Assembly (NCBI GenBank): GCA_051439605.1
Contig: JBFRWN010000081.1
Coordinates: forward strand, 11,717-75,716
DNA length: 64,000 nt
Reading direction: 5' to 3'
From: Synechococcus sp.
GTDB taxonomy: Bacteria; Cyanobacteriota; Cyanobacteriia; Thermostichales; PCC-7336
The translations under genes were made by a program, and so were the position numbers. Shown here one piece after another: positions 43,037-54,195 of the stretch. Under the pieces are notes generated by a model. The model searched no databases, was not told where the DNA came from, and saw only the letters and a list, made by a program, of their open reading frames with translations. Numbering within the stretch: position 1 is the first letter of the stretch; every line of letters begins with the position of its first letter.

Positions 43037-43172
43037 AGCGTCAGGAGCAACAGCGTTGAGATGGGGGTAGTTGGCCGAGAGGTCAACAGCGCACGTGCCA
43101 CGCTCATCAATCGCTCGACAGCAGTTATTACTGTAAGGTCTGCAGTTGGGGTTAGTGTCAGAGGGAATAGCG

Positions 43173-44126
43173 CTAAACCAAACGTTCTCCATGTTGTGCG
43201 TATACCCGAAATCCATCGGTGTATTGGATGGCGGGTTCACCATCTGCGTGGATGCGACGATCGCTGTCCAGAAGAAGATGGATGGGGCGATCGCAGACAA
43301 TCGCAACGTGCTGGAAAGGGAGTACCCAACCGCAATGTTTGAGCAAATAGCGTAGCGCAAACCAGCGTTTTTCGGGGCAATCGAGCTGAAGAACGGAATA
43401 GAAAAAGTCCAGGTAGCCGCAATAACTCCCCCACAATTCTGGGGTGAGGCAATTAAATAGGGTCAGCCCTTGGTTGTTACCGAGTACCGCACCCCATAGG
43501 TCCCCGAGGTCGTCAGTTAGCTGGCCGTTGGCATCGTAGGCGTGAATTTCAACCGGCAGTTCGAAATAAGCCCGGGGGGAATTTCCAAACTGCAATAACA
43601 TTTGGGTCAAGGGCTGTGCCCAAGGAAACTCGTCTTCTAGGGTTTGTCCACCCCCAATGGCCAGCGTTAAACCCACAAAATGACGGGCACTAAATTGTGT
43701 TCCCAGTTGATTGCCCACCAGCGTCCCCAATGAGTTGTGAGGATCGGCATTCAGGTGCTGTAGGACTCGATCGCCTAACAATGGGCTAAGGGCATCGAGT
43801 TGGTCGAGCAAAATTTTGGATTGCAGCAGTTCGCCTACGGGTTTACCTAATCGACTCTTGTCGAGGGGACCAATGGTGTTTTGCAACAGCCGCAATACGG
43901 TATCGAACGCATGGAGCGGACTAGGACAATGAACGATCTCCGGATCTGGTAGCTCCGCGATCGCGTAGATCATTTTGACAGCTTCGCTGGCCTTAGCCCT
44001 AGCCCGGTCGAGAGCCGGTTGACCCACTGGATTAGTGGCTGCCAACGCAGCTTGTTTCCAGCGATCGCGATACCCGAATAGAAGGGCTTCTTGGGCAAGG
44101 GTGAGTCGATGGATGGGTTGAGGCAT
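43173..44126 (-). CDS. DUF6745-like domain protein
   Basis: CGWVLPFQHVAIVCDRP...IHADGEPAIQYTDGFRVYAQHG at the C-terminus. Confidence 0.75.
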   Translation of the reverse strand: MPQPIHRLTLAQEALLFGYRDRWKQAALAATNPVGQPALDRARAKASEAVKMIYAIAELPDPEIVHCPSPLHAFDTVLRLLQNTIGPLDKSRLGKPVGELLQSKILLDQLDALSPLLGDRVLQHLNADPHNSLGTLVGNQLGTQFSARHFVGLTLAIGGGQTLEDEFPWAQPLTQMLLQFGNSPRAYFELPVEIHAYDANGQLTDDLGDLWGAVLGNNQGLTLFNCLTPELWGSYCGYLDFFYSVLQLDCPEKRWFALRYLLKHCGWVLPFQHVAIVCDRPIHLLLDSDRRIHADGEPAIQYTDGFRVYAQHGERLV

Positions 44127-44515
44127 AAGGGAGGAACAGCTCTGGAAGGATCGCCATTGACAGTAGCGAAGTGTTACAGTGGGCGGATAATGCTACGTCT
44201 CATTACAAGCCTTGGGTTCAGCTACTACATTATGGGATCGTTCCCAAGGTAACCGATCTAGCCTGCTTTAGGGGAGTCAATCCTCAGTCGGTCAGGCGAA
44301 AGCTTAACATCTGGAAGCTTGTGGATGGCAAATTCAGATGCATCTCGATCTCGCGTCCCGTCCAGTATCGAGATGATTTCTGCCATTTATTTGTTCGCCT
44401 CATGAGATGAATGGGTCAAGCAAACCAACGATTTATGTAGAAGTTAAAGAACAAAAATAGCAGCTTCCGCTACCTATGCTAAAGTTGTCCCGACCCAGCG
44501 TTTGTTTCACACCAT

Positions 44516-47500
44516 ATGTATGTTAAACAGCTGGAGCTAACTCGGTTTAAGTCCTTCGGCAGCACCGTCACGATCCCTTTGATGGAGGGATTTACTGTGG
44601 TGTCTGGCCCTAATGGATCGGGGAAATCCAATATCATTGATGGCATTTTGTTCGCCCTCGGGTTGGCCTCTTCGCGGGGGCTACGGGCGGAACGACTGCC
44701 GGATCTTGTCCACTCTGGCAGCCTCAGTAACGGTCGTCGCAAGACTGAGACACGTGTGTCCGTCATTTTCGGCATCCCTCATCCCAATGGGGAAGTTGTG
44801 GATTGGAAGGTCAGTCGGCGACTGCGAGTGGATCTATCCGCCGACAGCTACAGCAGCACTTACTACATTAATGACATTCCCTGTACCCTGACCGAACTGC
44901 ACGAGCAGCTGTCAGAGATGCACATTTATCCCGACGGCTACAACGTGGTCCTGCAGGGGGATGTGACTGGCATTATCTCCATGAACCACCGCGAGCGGCG
45001 GCAAATTATTGACGAGCTGGCAGGGGTCGCTAACTTTGACCGCAAGATCGACCAGGCAAAAACCAAGCTGGAGGCGGTCCGGGAGCAAGAAGAACGCTCT
45101 GGGCTAGTGATGCGTGAGCTCGAGGAACAGAGCGAGCGCCTGATCAAAGAATGCGAGAAGGCCGAAAAGTATGGCCAACTGCGCCTGCAGCTAGAGGAAT
45201 ACGAGCTGTGGCGAGAGGAATTGACCCGGAGGCACGTGCGGCTGCAGATTCATCAGGCCCAACAGGAAATTGACGAAGCAAAGCAGGCGGAGACAGAGGC
45301 AGCCAAGCAGCTTGTAGAAGTCAATCAAGCGATCTCCAAAGATGAGTCGCTGTTGGAGGACCTGAATCAACAGGTACGCCAATTGGGGGAGGCGGAATAC
45401 CTCGACCTGAAAAGTCAACTGGCCCAAGCCAATGCCAATCGCCAGCAGCAAACCGAGCGGATTCAGACTTGGACCCAAGAACGAGAAACGGCGTTGGCCG
45501 ACATCGAAGCCGCTAACGCCCTCATTCAGCAGCTGCAGCAGGGGGCCAACGAACTCAACAGTCAACAGCACCATCTAGAACAACAGCAGCCTCAGTTAGA
45601 GTCTCAGCGACAAGGCCGTCAGCAGGCTTTGGAGACTGCGAGATCGCAAATGCAGGCGATTGCACAGTCCTCCGATGCTTGGGCCAAGCAGCACAAATAC
45701 ATCACTGAGCAACTGCATCAAAATCGCCAACTGGCCGAACCTTTAGAGCAGAGTCGCATTCGCCTCACGGAACGCATCCAGCAAATGGAACGGTTACAGG
45801 CGGAAGGGGAAACGGAACTGGAACAATTGGCAGCCTGGCTGGCGGAACGGACGGAGTTGGGTAAGACACTGTCTGCCAAAAACGAGGCCGCCGAGGTAGA
45901 GACGCAGGAGCTGGGTCAGGCGCTGGCTGCACTGCAGGCGGAACTGGAGACCAATCGGGCCACCGCTGAGCGATTGCGTAGCGAGTGGCAACAGCAGCAG
46001 CGCTTACTGGACCAGCTAGAAACTCGCCAGCAGGTACTACAGGAAACCCGAGGCTCGCGGGCGGTGAAAACGATTCTGGAGTCCGGTCTCGAAGGGGTGT
46101 GCGGTCTGGTGGCGCAGTTGGGGCAAGTGGCCCCTGACTATCAACTCGCACTAGAGATCGCAGCTGGTAGCCGCCTGAGCAATGTGGTGGTGGATAACGA
46201 CGATGTAGCGTCGCGGGCGATCTCGATTCTGAAGCGGCAGAAGGCCGGAAGAGCCACGTTCTTGCCCCTGAATAAAATTCGCGAAGCTCGGCCACTCCCC
46301 ATGCGTCGCCTACCGGGGGCGGTGGATTACGCCCTCAACCTGGTCGAGTTTGACGATCGCTACCGGGATGTCTTCGCCTATGTGTTCGGCCAAACTCTCG
46401 TGTTTGAGTCCCTCGATCGAGCTCGCAGTTGCATTGGCCAGCACCGCATTGTCACGCTTGAGGGGGAACTGCTGGAAACTTCTGGAGCTATGACTGGAGG
46501 GACCAACAAGCAGCGCCAAAGCCTCCATTTTGGAGCCACCGAATCGAACGAGATTGTGGAAGTCCGTCGCCGCTATGACGATTTAACCGAGCTGCTGAAT
46601 ACTATTGCTCCCCGCATCAAGCAGCAGCAGGAGCGGGTTAAGAGCTTAACCGCTGAATTCAACGCTGCCCGCGATATTGCCCGCACCGCCCACACTGAAT
46701 ACGAGCGGCACCAGGCTGCTATTCAATCGCGCCAAGAACGCTACGAGCTGTTGCAGGCTGCCTCCAGCCAGCAAGACGAGGTAGAGGCATGCCGCCAAGA
46801 GCTGGAGCGCTGCACCACTGAACTCGCCCCCCTCAGCGATCGCATACGCGACCTGAACGAGAAGCTGCAGCAGTTAGAGCAGTCCTCCCTCAGTCAGCGC
46901 TGGCAGGAAATGCAGTCGGAGGTGCAGCAGGCAGAGCAAGCGTTGCAAGCCAGCGAGCAGGCCCTGAGGGATCTGGAGCGGCAGCAACAGGAGCTTGAGT
47001 CCCAGAAGCAGCTCAGCGGCGAAAAAGTACGGCAACAGGAGGCCCGCATCCAGGAACTGCAGCAGCGGGGGGCAGAATACCTGCGGCAGTGCGATCGAAT
47101 GAGAGAGCAGGTGGAGGAAACCGACGCCGGAATCGCTCAACTGGAAGCCCGTATTGAAGTGATATCGAAGCGTTTGCAAGAGACTAAAGAAAAGCGGGAC
47201 CAGCAAGACTTGCAGGTGCGATCGCGCCAACAACAGGCCCAGCGTCTGGAGTGGGAGAAACATGCCTCAGTCACCAAGCAGCAGGAGAAACTGGAGCTTC
47301 GACAGCACTTGGAGCAGCAGCTAGAGGAACTGATTGCAGCCAACGACCTGCCCCAACAGGAAGTGCCTGAAGATCTGACACTAGACAGTTTGCAATCTAG
47401 AATTAAGCGCACCGAATCCAAGTTGCGGGCGTTGGAGCCGGTCAACATGCTGGCGATCGATGAGTTCAATGCCACTCAAAAGCGCTTGGATGATATGCGC

Positions 47501-48034
47501 AACAAGTTAGAAACCCTGAACGCAGAGCGCACCGAACTGCTCCTGCGAATCGAAAACTTCACCACCCTGCGTACTCAGGCATTTATGGACGCTTTCCGGG
47601 CGGTGGACGAACATTTCCGGGATATTTTTGCTCAGCTGTCCGACGGAGATGGACATCTGCAGTTGGAAAATCCAGAAGATCCACTCTCTGGTGGACTGAC
47701 GCTGATTGCTCACCCCAAAGGCAAGCCAGTCCGCCGTCTCAATTCCATGTCAGGGGGAGAAAAGTCCCTCACCGCCCTCAGTTTCATTTTTGCCCTGCAG
47801 CGGTTCCGTCCCTCGTCGTTTTATGCCTTAGACGAGGTGGACGCATTCCTTGATGGGGGTAACGTAGAAAAGCTGGCTGCCATGCTGCGCAAGAACTCCG
47901 AACAGGCTCAGTTTGTCGTCGTCAGCCACCGCCGCCCAATGATCGAACGCTCCGAGCGCATCATCGGTGTGACACAAGCACGCGGAGCTTATACCCAAGT
48001 GGTTGGAGTACAAAACTCCGCACAAATTGCTTAA
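44516..48034 (+). CDS. smc: Chromosome segregation protein SMC
   Basis: FKSF, GPNGSGKSN, hinge GRATFLPL and GAMTGG, MSGGEKS, LDEVDAFLD, long coiled coils. Confidence 0.97.
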   Translation: MYVKQLELTRFKSFGSTVTIPLMEGFTVVSGPNGSGKSNIIDGILFALGLASSRGLRAERLPDLVHSGSLSNGRRKTETRVSVIFGIPHPNGEVVDWKVSRRLRVDLSADSYSSTYYINDIPCTLTELHEQLSEMHIYPDGYNVVLQGDVTGIISMNHRERRQIIDELAGVANFDRKIDQAKTKLEAVREQEERSGLVMRELEEQSERLIKECEKAEKYGQLRLQLEEYELWREELTRRHVRLQIHQAQQEIDEAKQAETEAAKQLVEVNQAISKDESLLEDLNQQVRQLGEAEYLDLKSQLAQANANRQQQTERIQTWTQERETALADIEAANALIQQLQQGANELNSQQHHLEQQQPQLESQRQGRQQALETARSQMQAIAQSSDAWAKQHKYITEQLHQNRQLAEPLEQSRIRLTERIQQMERLQAEGETELEQLAAWLAERTELGKTLSAKNEAAEVETQELGQALAALQAELETNRATAERLRSEWQQQQRLLDQLETRQQVLQETRGSRAVKTILESGLEGVCGLVAQLGQVAPDYQLALEIAAGSRLSNVVVDNDDVASRAISILKRQKAGRATFLPLNKIREARPLPMRRLPGAVDYALNLVEFDDRYRDVFAYVFGQTLVFESLDRARSCIGQHRIVTLEGELLETSGAMTGGTNKQRQSLHFGATESNEIVEVRRRYDDLTELLNTIAPRIKQQQERVKSLTAEFNAARDIARTAHTEYERHQAAIQSRQERYELLQAASSQQDEVEACRQELERCTTELAPLSDRIRDLNEKLQQLEQSSLSQRWQEMQSEVQQAEQALQASEQALRDLERQQQELESQKQLSGEKVRQQEARIQELQQRGAEYLRQCDRMREQVEETDAGIAQLEARIEVISKRLQETKEKRDQQDLQVRSRQQQAQRLEWEKHASVTKQQEKLELRQHLEQQLEELIAANDLPQQEVPEDLTLDSLQSRIKRTESKLRALEPVNMLAIDEFNATQKRLDDMRNKLETLNAERTELLLRIENFTTLRTQAFMDAFRAVDEHFRDIFAQLSDGDGHLQLENPEDPLSGGLTLIAHPKGKPVRRLNSMSGGEKSLTALSFIFALQRFRPSSFYALDEVDAFLDGGNVEKLAAMLRKNSEQAQFVVVSHRRPMIERSERIIGVTQARGAYTQVVGVQNSAQIA

Positions 48035-48133
48035 GGTTCTAGGAAGCAAAAACACTAGTCAGCAAAAACAGGAGAACTCCAAGCTCCAGTTCCAGCCAAG
48101 ATGACCAAACGGTAAAAATGAGACATCGCCGGA

Positions 48134-48253
48134 CTACTCTTCCTCAGAGAAGCTACCGCCGTTCCATACCCATAGAATGCCGTAGCCTAAGGCTATGCCA
48201 GCAACGGTCAGAGCAAATGCCAAGCCTGCAACAGAGAAGATCTCGCCAGCCAT
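48134..48253 (-). CDS. petM: Cytochrome b6f subunit VII (PetM)-like
   Basis: Hand translation: [39 protein letters not shown]. Single TM with the PetM-like GEIF...G.ALG pattern; AAAGGA upstream. Confidence 0.65.
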   Translation of the reverse strand: MAGEIFSVAGLAFALTVAGIALGYGILWVWNGGSFSEEE

Positions 48254-48387
48254 TTATATTACAGTCCTTTTAAAATGTGTATTCGATTCGTACATCAGCA
48301 TATAGGGTTTTCTGCCGATTTCGATAGCTCTTGTGGGTGCCTAGCCTGGAAAACGTTACCAGCCGAGATTGCTAACAATCGGCAGAA

Positions 48388-48690
48388 TCAGGGCAGGTCC
48401 CCTTCAGCGATTTCGTTATCGTTCACCAGCAGCACAACCGTGTTGTAGAGACTGATATCGGCGCTGTCAGGCAGAGTGAGATCGAACGAGCCACTGTTGC
48501 CCGAAAGACTGCCCAGATCGATGGTGCGACGGCTCAAATCGCCATCTTGAGTCAGGTACACCGCTATTAAGGGAGCATCCACATCCGTTTGTAAATCCTT
48601 GATGGCGAGGCTGGCCCCCACACCTGCAACAAACGCGACCGACACATTGCCGGAAACGGCGTGATTGTTTAAACCGGATAGGGCTCCCAT
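48388..48690 (-). CDS. DM13-like domain protein
   Basis: HAVSGNV, APLIAVYL, IDLGSLSGNSG, LPDSADISLYNTVV. Confidence 0.65.
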   Translation of the reverse strand: MGALSGLNNHAVSGNVSVAFVAGVGASLAIKDLQTDVDAPLIAVYLTQDGDLSRRTIDLGSLSGNSGSFDLTLPDSADISLYNTVVLLVNDNEIAEGDLP

Positions 48691-48888
48691 GCTTTTCTCC
48701 GCGAGCTGCAACGAACGGCTGCATCATACCTCGTCCGCTAGCTTGTTTCATTAGCTTTCTTCATGCTGTGGCTCGAACAGTGATGAGCCCCTCATTCCGG
48801 TTAGACTTGCTCGCGATCGCAATGCATCTTTACGGTGTTTTCCAGTTTTGACCCGGTCTATTTCCAGACGTAGAGGGGTCGCCGATCG

Positions 48889-50766
48889 CTATTGACAGCG
48901 ATAGAGCGTAAATCGATAGCCTGGCACCTTGCGATTAAAATCTTCATCCCGACTGCAGCCCCGCGAGTCTAGGCTAACTGGGGCTTTAAACTGCACTAGC
49001 CAGAGCTCTAGCGGGCGCGGCAAGTCTTCTAGCGTTTCGTAAAGAACGTTTGAGGCAACACTGTCATCCTCATCCTTGTGGGCCAGCAAAAAATGCAGCT
49101 CTATGTCATTGTGCTTGGACAAATCTTCCCCTACAGAGTTCTGACTGCCTTCAAGCATTCTATCCAGAGGCTGATTGGGTAGTAGACGAGTAAATTCCCA
49201 GCCAAGACCCATCATGTCCCCCGTTTGCGTGTGGCTTTTATGCACGTTTGCCACCAGCATCGGTACCCCTGTCTGGTGGGCCTCCAACATGACGGGAACG
49301 ACGAGGTCCGAGCGAGCGGGCTTTTGATAGGCGAAGTTGAGCACCACCGACATGCAGCCCACTAATCCTCCAGTGGCCAATACAGCTCCCATCCAACGGA
49401 AATTCCGACTCGAGCGAGAATCGGTCTTTGTTGTCCATTGCCCAGTTTGCTGGTCGATTGTACCGACCTGTCTCGTAAGTTGAGCCAGGGCAGCCCCCAC
49501 CAGCGCCATGAAGGCCGGGTACATCACAAATTGGTAGCGGGGGGCCAACGTCAGATCGGCGCCAAACCAGTAGGCAACCCCCAAAACGATCGCCACCGTT
49601 GCCCAACAATACCCCCCCAACAGCATCACCGTTGACCGGCTCTCCAGTTGCAGCCACAGCTGGCGCAGTCCGCGCCCAATGGCCACAACACCAACAGCGA
49701 TCGTACCTAGCAGAAAGAGCCCCGACAACACCGTCACCCACCAGGGAACCCCCTGCACCGGAGCCATGAGCACCATCGTCAGGGTCCAAGTCACTATCCG
49801 CAGCGGGGCTTCCCACAGGGTTTGCCATGATGGGGATTTGAATAACCAGTCAGTCAGCCGTTCGTCTGACGAAGTATTGCGCAATGGCAGCAGCCAAATG
49901 GCTCCCGCAGCTGCAGTCACCACTGTCACCCACCCCAGACGAACCATTGTCAAAGTCGGAAGTCCGAGTGCCCCGCCCTTCCGACGAGCGTCCAGCCATA
50001 CATCAATGAGGATTCGCAAGAGCACTGCCGCCTCGGCCAACATTGCCAGTGCCACAAACGAGTGGGTTGCCAGCCCCAACGCATTACAAACAGCCCATCC
50101 TACTGCTACTGCGCGGGGAAGAGGTGCTTGACGGAAGAGTGTCCTCACGGCGATCGCCAGGCAGGTGAGGGATAGCGTCACCCAAACGATCGCTAGAGTG
50201 TAATGACGATTTTCCTGGGCGAGATACACCCCAAAGGGAGAAAGGGCGCAGAAGGCCGCAGCATACAGTCCTGCCCGCTGCGATCGAAAGCTAACCCACG
50301 TCAGGAGAAACAGGCTGGGGATCCCGAGGACTCCAAACCCCGCGCTCAACAGCCTTGCTTGGGCGATCGAGACAGGTTGCAGCCAGCCAGGTTCGCTCGC
50401 AGCAGTCTGCCCGATAGACAGCATTTTGAGCCAGGGATGGAGCAGCACAAAATATAGGGGAGGATGGTTGCTTTCCGCCATCAACGTCCGCACGGAATCC
50501 TGAGGGGACAGCGTCCAGTCAACGGTCATGGGGTGAAGTAATTGCCCCAAGGAAATGGGCGTATCGAGCGGAATACCTAAATAGCCGTGACCCAGACCGA
50601 ACACCAGAGTGGACCATTCGTCCGCCCAGATGGTTTTTGACCCCAACTGCAAGCATCGCAGCAGTCCTCCCACAACGATCCAAACTGTTAGCCACAGCCA
50701 CGTGGAGGGGGGAGCTGGAGTTTTTACCAGGGAACTTGTGGTGCTGCTAGGACTGCTGGATGCCAT
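48889..50766 (-). CDS. GT-C fold glycosyltransferase (GT39/PMT-like)
   Basis: IWADE, ESNHPPLYF, ARLLSA, SPFGVYLAQENRHY, PRY, multiple TMs. Start uncertain. Confidence 0.85.
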   Translation of the reverse strand: MASSSPSSTTSSLVKTPAPPSTWLWLTVWIVVGGLLRCLQLGSKTIWADEWSTLVFGLGHGYLGIPLDTPISLGQLLHPMTVDWTLSPQDSVRTLMAESNHPPLYFVLLHPWLKMLSIGQTAASEPGWLQPVSIAQARLLSAGFGVLGIPSLFLLTWVSFRSQRAGLYAAAFCALSPFGVYLAQENRHYTLAIVWVTLSLTCLAIAVRTLFRQAPLPRAVAVGWAVCNALGLATHSFVALAMLAEAAVLLRILIDVWLDARRKGGALGLPTLTMVRLGWVTVVTAAAGAIWLLPLRNTSSDERLTDWLFKSPSWQTLWEAPLRIVTWTLTMVLMAPVQGVPWWVTVLSGLFLLGTIAVGVVAIGRGLRQLWLQLESRSTVMLLGGYCWATVAIVLGVAYWFGADLTLAPRYQFVMYPAFMALVGAALAQLTRQVGTIDQQTGQWTTKTDSRSSRNFRWMGAVLATGGLVGCMSVVLNFAYQKPARSDLVVPVMLEAHQTGVPMLVANVHKSHTQTGDMMGLGWEFTRLLPNQPLDRMLEGSQNSVGEDLSKHNDIELHFLLAHKDEDDSVASNVLYETLEDLPRPLELWLVQFKAPVSLDSRGCSRDEDFNRKVPGYRFTLYRCQ

Positions 50767-50971
50767 GCACTGCGGGGATAGGGGACAGAACATCGTCAGT
50801 GTAGGCGATGGATAACTGTTGCAGCATTCAAACAAGTCTGAAGAACTATCCTCAAAGATTCACCTCGATCGCGACCTTTCAATGCATCGCAGCACAATAG
50901 AGATAGAGCGCTCCAGTTCTTTGCATACCTCGTCCCATAACCAGTCTGGATACCTTGTGGAGGTTCGTCTC

Positions 50972-51331
50972 GTGCTGAAAACTCTCCCTACAGCAGATGA
51001 CCGTATCGTTGGCTTTGCCATTGATGGCACCATCACCGCTGATGATGTCGATCGCATTACAGCAGAAATAACCCAGCGACTAGAGTCCCACGAGCGCCTG
51101 CGACTCTATGCCGAAGTCAACACGTGGACGGGTATCTCTCCCCAAGCCTTACTCAAGGATCTGCGTTTTTCTCTCCAGCATTTCAAGGATTTTGAGAAGG
51201 AGGCGATTGTCTCGGATAAATCCTGGCTGAAGGTCATGGCAGAAACTGGCGATCGCCTCTTGCCACATACCGAAGTGAAACACTTTAGTTGGGAACATCA
51301 AGCGGATGCGCTGGAGTGGGTGGAGGGATAG
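50972..51331 (+). CDS. STAS/SEC14 (SpoIIAA-like) domain protein
   Basis: IDGTITADD, ALLKDLRF, FEKEAIVSD, DALEWV. GTG start preceded by GGAGG. Confidence 0.85.
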   Translation: MLKTLPTADDRIVGFAIDGTITADDVDRITAEITQRLESHERLRLYAEVNTWTGISPQALLKDLRFSLQHFKDFEKEAIVSDKSWLKVMAETGDRLLPHTEVKHFSWEHQADALEWVEG

Positions 51332-51529
51332 GCCCTGCTCGATCTACAACCCGTAGAGTTCAGAAGCCATTTACATCCCTAAATAGCACTACTGGTAGGA
51401 CATAACCGTTCTCAAGTGTACTGATTCGGCTCTGTGAAGCAGAGCCTAGATTGCCTTCAATAGAACTGTAAGTCACTCCCCCATCTCACCTCCGGGGATC
51501 GTCACACAGCACGTTGAGAGCCGATCGTC

Positions 51530-51826
51530 ATGTTCACCACTCAATCCCCCATATCTAACACCAGCATTCACGCCAGCTGGATGCAAGCATCTAAGAATTG
51601 GTCACAACCGGACCGCCAAGACCGCAGCCATAACCCCCACCCGCAATTGGAGCCGGACTCATTCAAACAGCCTGCCATCCTGCTACTCGCAGCGACAGTC
51701 CTAGTTCTAGCCTTGATTCCAACAGGCACGTTTAAATCGACGGAAGCAGGCCCGATCGCTGCCATCGCCGGTGGGGGTGCGATCGCCTGCCTAGTTGCCG
51801 ATCGCCGCCATTCCACCTCCCACTAG
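51530..51826 (+). CDS. Small hypothetical membrane protein
   Basis: 98-aa ATG-started ORF with two hydrophobic segments. Confidence 0.5.
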   Translation: MFTTQSPISNTSIHASWMQASKNWSQPDRQDRSHNPHPQLEPDSFKQPAILLLAATVLVLALIPTGTFKSTEAGPIAAIAGGGAIACLVADRRHSTSH

Positions 51827-51866
51827 CCTCCACGGCCTAGATTCCAGAGGCCAGCTCGCGCGAGAG

Positions 51867-53438
51867 CTACTTTCGCAACCGCTGTGGTTTGCCCAAATCC
51901 ACCGCTACCCGATGAGCACAAGCAAAACCAGAGAAAGCTACCGCGTTCAGCCCTTGTCCGGGAAACGTACTATCCCCCACACAGTAAAGATGGGGGATGG
52001 ACGTGCGGTTAAACGGTACCCCTAGCAACCCCAATGGCCTTTTGCTGGGAATCGGGCCGTAGCTACCGTTAATGCGCCCCAAGAACTTGCGATGGGTGCG
52101 GGGGGTGCCCACTTCCATCAACTCAATCCGATCGCTCAGCCCTGGCCAAATTGCCTCCAGACGCTTAACCAATGCCATGGCATCCTGCTGTTTTTTAGCT
52201 CGGTACTCGCTGGGGGTTATCCCCTCCCAATGGACCATGCTGCTGGGGGTGAACGTGTGAATGATATGGCGGTTGGGGGGGGCCAAATCGGGATCGAGCA
52301 AGGTGGGGATCGAGACAAAAATCGTTCCTTGTTCCTCCTCCATCCTGGCCCAGTCCTCCAACACGATATGGTGGCAATCCATCTCTTGGCCGATCGCGTC
52401 AGCTTGAACTCCCAAATGCAAACTCAAGAAGCTGGGTGACTGCTCGTAGCGCTTTTGCCAGCTCCGCTCCGCCCGAGGTAGCTCTTCTGCAGGCAGCAAT
52501 TGTTCAAAGGTGTCCCAGCGGGTGGCATTGGAGATAATCTGTCTAGCGCGAATCTCTTCACCATTCGCCAGTTTGACTCCCACTGCTTTGCGTCCCTGCC
52601 GCAGAATCTGAGTGACGCGGGCACCGTAGCGAATTTCCCCTCCCTTGTCTTGGCATCCTTCCGCCATCTCTTCAGCAATCTTGCCCACCCCACCTTTGGG
52701 GTAGTTGATACCACCGTAGTGGCGATCGCTAAACACCATGCCCGCGTTAATCATCGGCGTGCGCTCGGCGGGAACTACCGACCAGCAGTAACACTCCATG
52801 TCAATAAACTTCAGCAGCTGCTCGTCCTGAATATATTTTCGTGCCACCTGTCCAACGTTCACAGGCAAGTAACGGGCCAAGCCCAAACAGCTGAGGGGCG
52901 CCTGACCAAATACCCGGAGCAGATACCCCAGCTCCTCCAGAGACAGCAGTTCCATCGAGTTGAGGTAATTGAATACCCGCCAGGCTTCGTCATAAAACTT
53001 GCGGATCCCCTGCTTCTCGTGGGGGAAATAACTCGCTAACTCCTCAATGAACTCCGCGTAGTCACGATGCACGCGCGGAGTCAGTCCATCTGGAAGGTGA
53101 TAGGCAATCTGTACGGGATCGGGAATGGTTTCTATGCGGCGATCGATACTGGCCAGCGCGCGGGTTAGAAGATTTGTGGTTCCCTTATCGCCAAATCCAA
53201 AAATCATGGATGCGCCAACGTCAAACCGGTAGGTGCCAGCCTCCGTTGTGCGATCGAAGTAGCCTGCACTTCCCCCCGGAATCAGGTATTTTTCCAAGAC
53301 CAATACCGAATACCCTTTCGCCACCAATTGACTGGCAGCTGTCAGCCCCCCTATTCCCGAACCGATTACAATCGCGTCGTATAGTGTTTTGCCGGTAGAA
53401 GACGCTTGCATAGAAGAGGCAGAGGAAACGGTAGTCAT
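51867..53438 (-). CDS. crtH: Carotenoid isomerase
   Basis: IGSGIGG FAD motif, FDVGASMIFG, INAGMVFSDRHYGGINYPKGG, GDSTFPGQGLNAVAFSG. Confidence 0.95.
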   Translation of the reverse strand: MTTVSSASSMQASSTGKTLYDAIVIGSGIGGLTAASQLVAKGYSVLVLEKYLIPGGSAGYFDRTTEAGTYRFDVGASMIFGFGDKGTTNLLTRALASIDRRIETIPDPVQIAYHLPDGLTPRVHRDYAEFIEELASYFPHEKQGIRKFYDEAWRVFNYLNSMELLSLEELGYLLRVFGQAPLSCLGLARYLPVNVGQVARKYIQDEQLLKFIDMECYCWSVVPAERTPMINAGMVFSDRHYGGINYPKGGVGKIAEEMAEGCQDKGGEIRYGARVTQILRQGRKAVGVKLANGEEIRARQIISNATRWDTFEQLLPAEELPRAERSWQKRYEQSPSFLSLHLGVQADAIGQEMDCHHIVLEDWARMEEEQGTIFVSIPTLLDPDLAPPNRHIIHTFTPSSMVHWEGITPSEYRAKKQQDAMALVKRLEAIWPGLSDRIELMEVGTPRTHRKFLGRINGSYGPIPSKRPLGLLGVPFNRTSIPHLYCVGDSTFPGQGLNAVAFSGFACAHRVAVDLGKPQRLRK

Positions 53439-54072
53439 AGATGGCTGTAGAGAAGGCAGCTCTTTCACTGTATTACGTTCTCTTTCGCCCCTCCCGAAAC
53501 TCTGTTTGCCCAGAGTAATCACTTGCCAGCATTGCGGAACTCTTTGAGAGGGCAGTGACGTTCTCCTTCATGTGGAGATCGCAGGCTCAATTTACCTCAA
53601 CAGCCTGAATAGATAAGATTGCATTTTTTTGAATACAGGGAGACAGACAGAAGAGAAGCTCATTGATGAGAGTTTTTATGGGCCTACCAACAAACCTCAG
53701 AATTGATGATGTAGAGTCGATGTGTATTTAGCATAATATTATACATATTCCTGGAAGATCTAAATTTAGGGTAAAAACATATAAAACTTACTCTGTTGGT
53801 GTAATTTTTGCTCAACTCTGAATGTAAATACTGAGAAATTGGATATCCATCGTTGCTCTTTTGTCGTTAGAATGAGCAGGGTAAAAGATAATTTTTCATT
53901 ATGGGGATACATAGAAGTATCTAGAGAGTAACTATAAGAAAATAAACTACAGCCACAAAACATTTATATTTACTGGATTTAAGCGGTTTTGGACAAGCAA
54001 AGTAAATTGCAGTAGCATATTTTGCCTTGACATGTAATACTTAGTCACTGTTGGCTAAATATATTTGGGTTG

Positions 54073-54127
54073 TTTCCAATTTCTCCCCGATTTTTTCCCG
54101 GTTTCTTCCCGGTTTTTTACCAGCTTT
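54073..54127. repeat. Five phased imperfect 11-bp direct repeats
   Basis: TTTCCAATTTC / TCCCCGATTTT / TTCCCGGTTTC / TTCCCGGTTTT / TTACCAGCTTT. Confidence 0.6.
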
Positions 54128-54195
54128 TTATTTGTATGTTTTCTAGGATAAATACATAAAGGTATCAGTCTGGCTTTCAAAGGTATTGTGACAAT

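Noticed and set aside
43025..43360. Overlapping short ORFs between the SNase-fold and DUF6745-like genes
   Set aside because: They overlap the conserved 3' end of the DUF6745-like gene and have no independent support.
53766..53963. 65-aa ORF in the AT-rich stretch
   Set aside because: Composition is not protein-like and there is no RBS or motif; likely a chance ORF.
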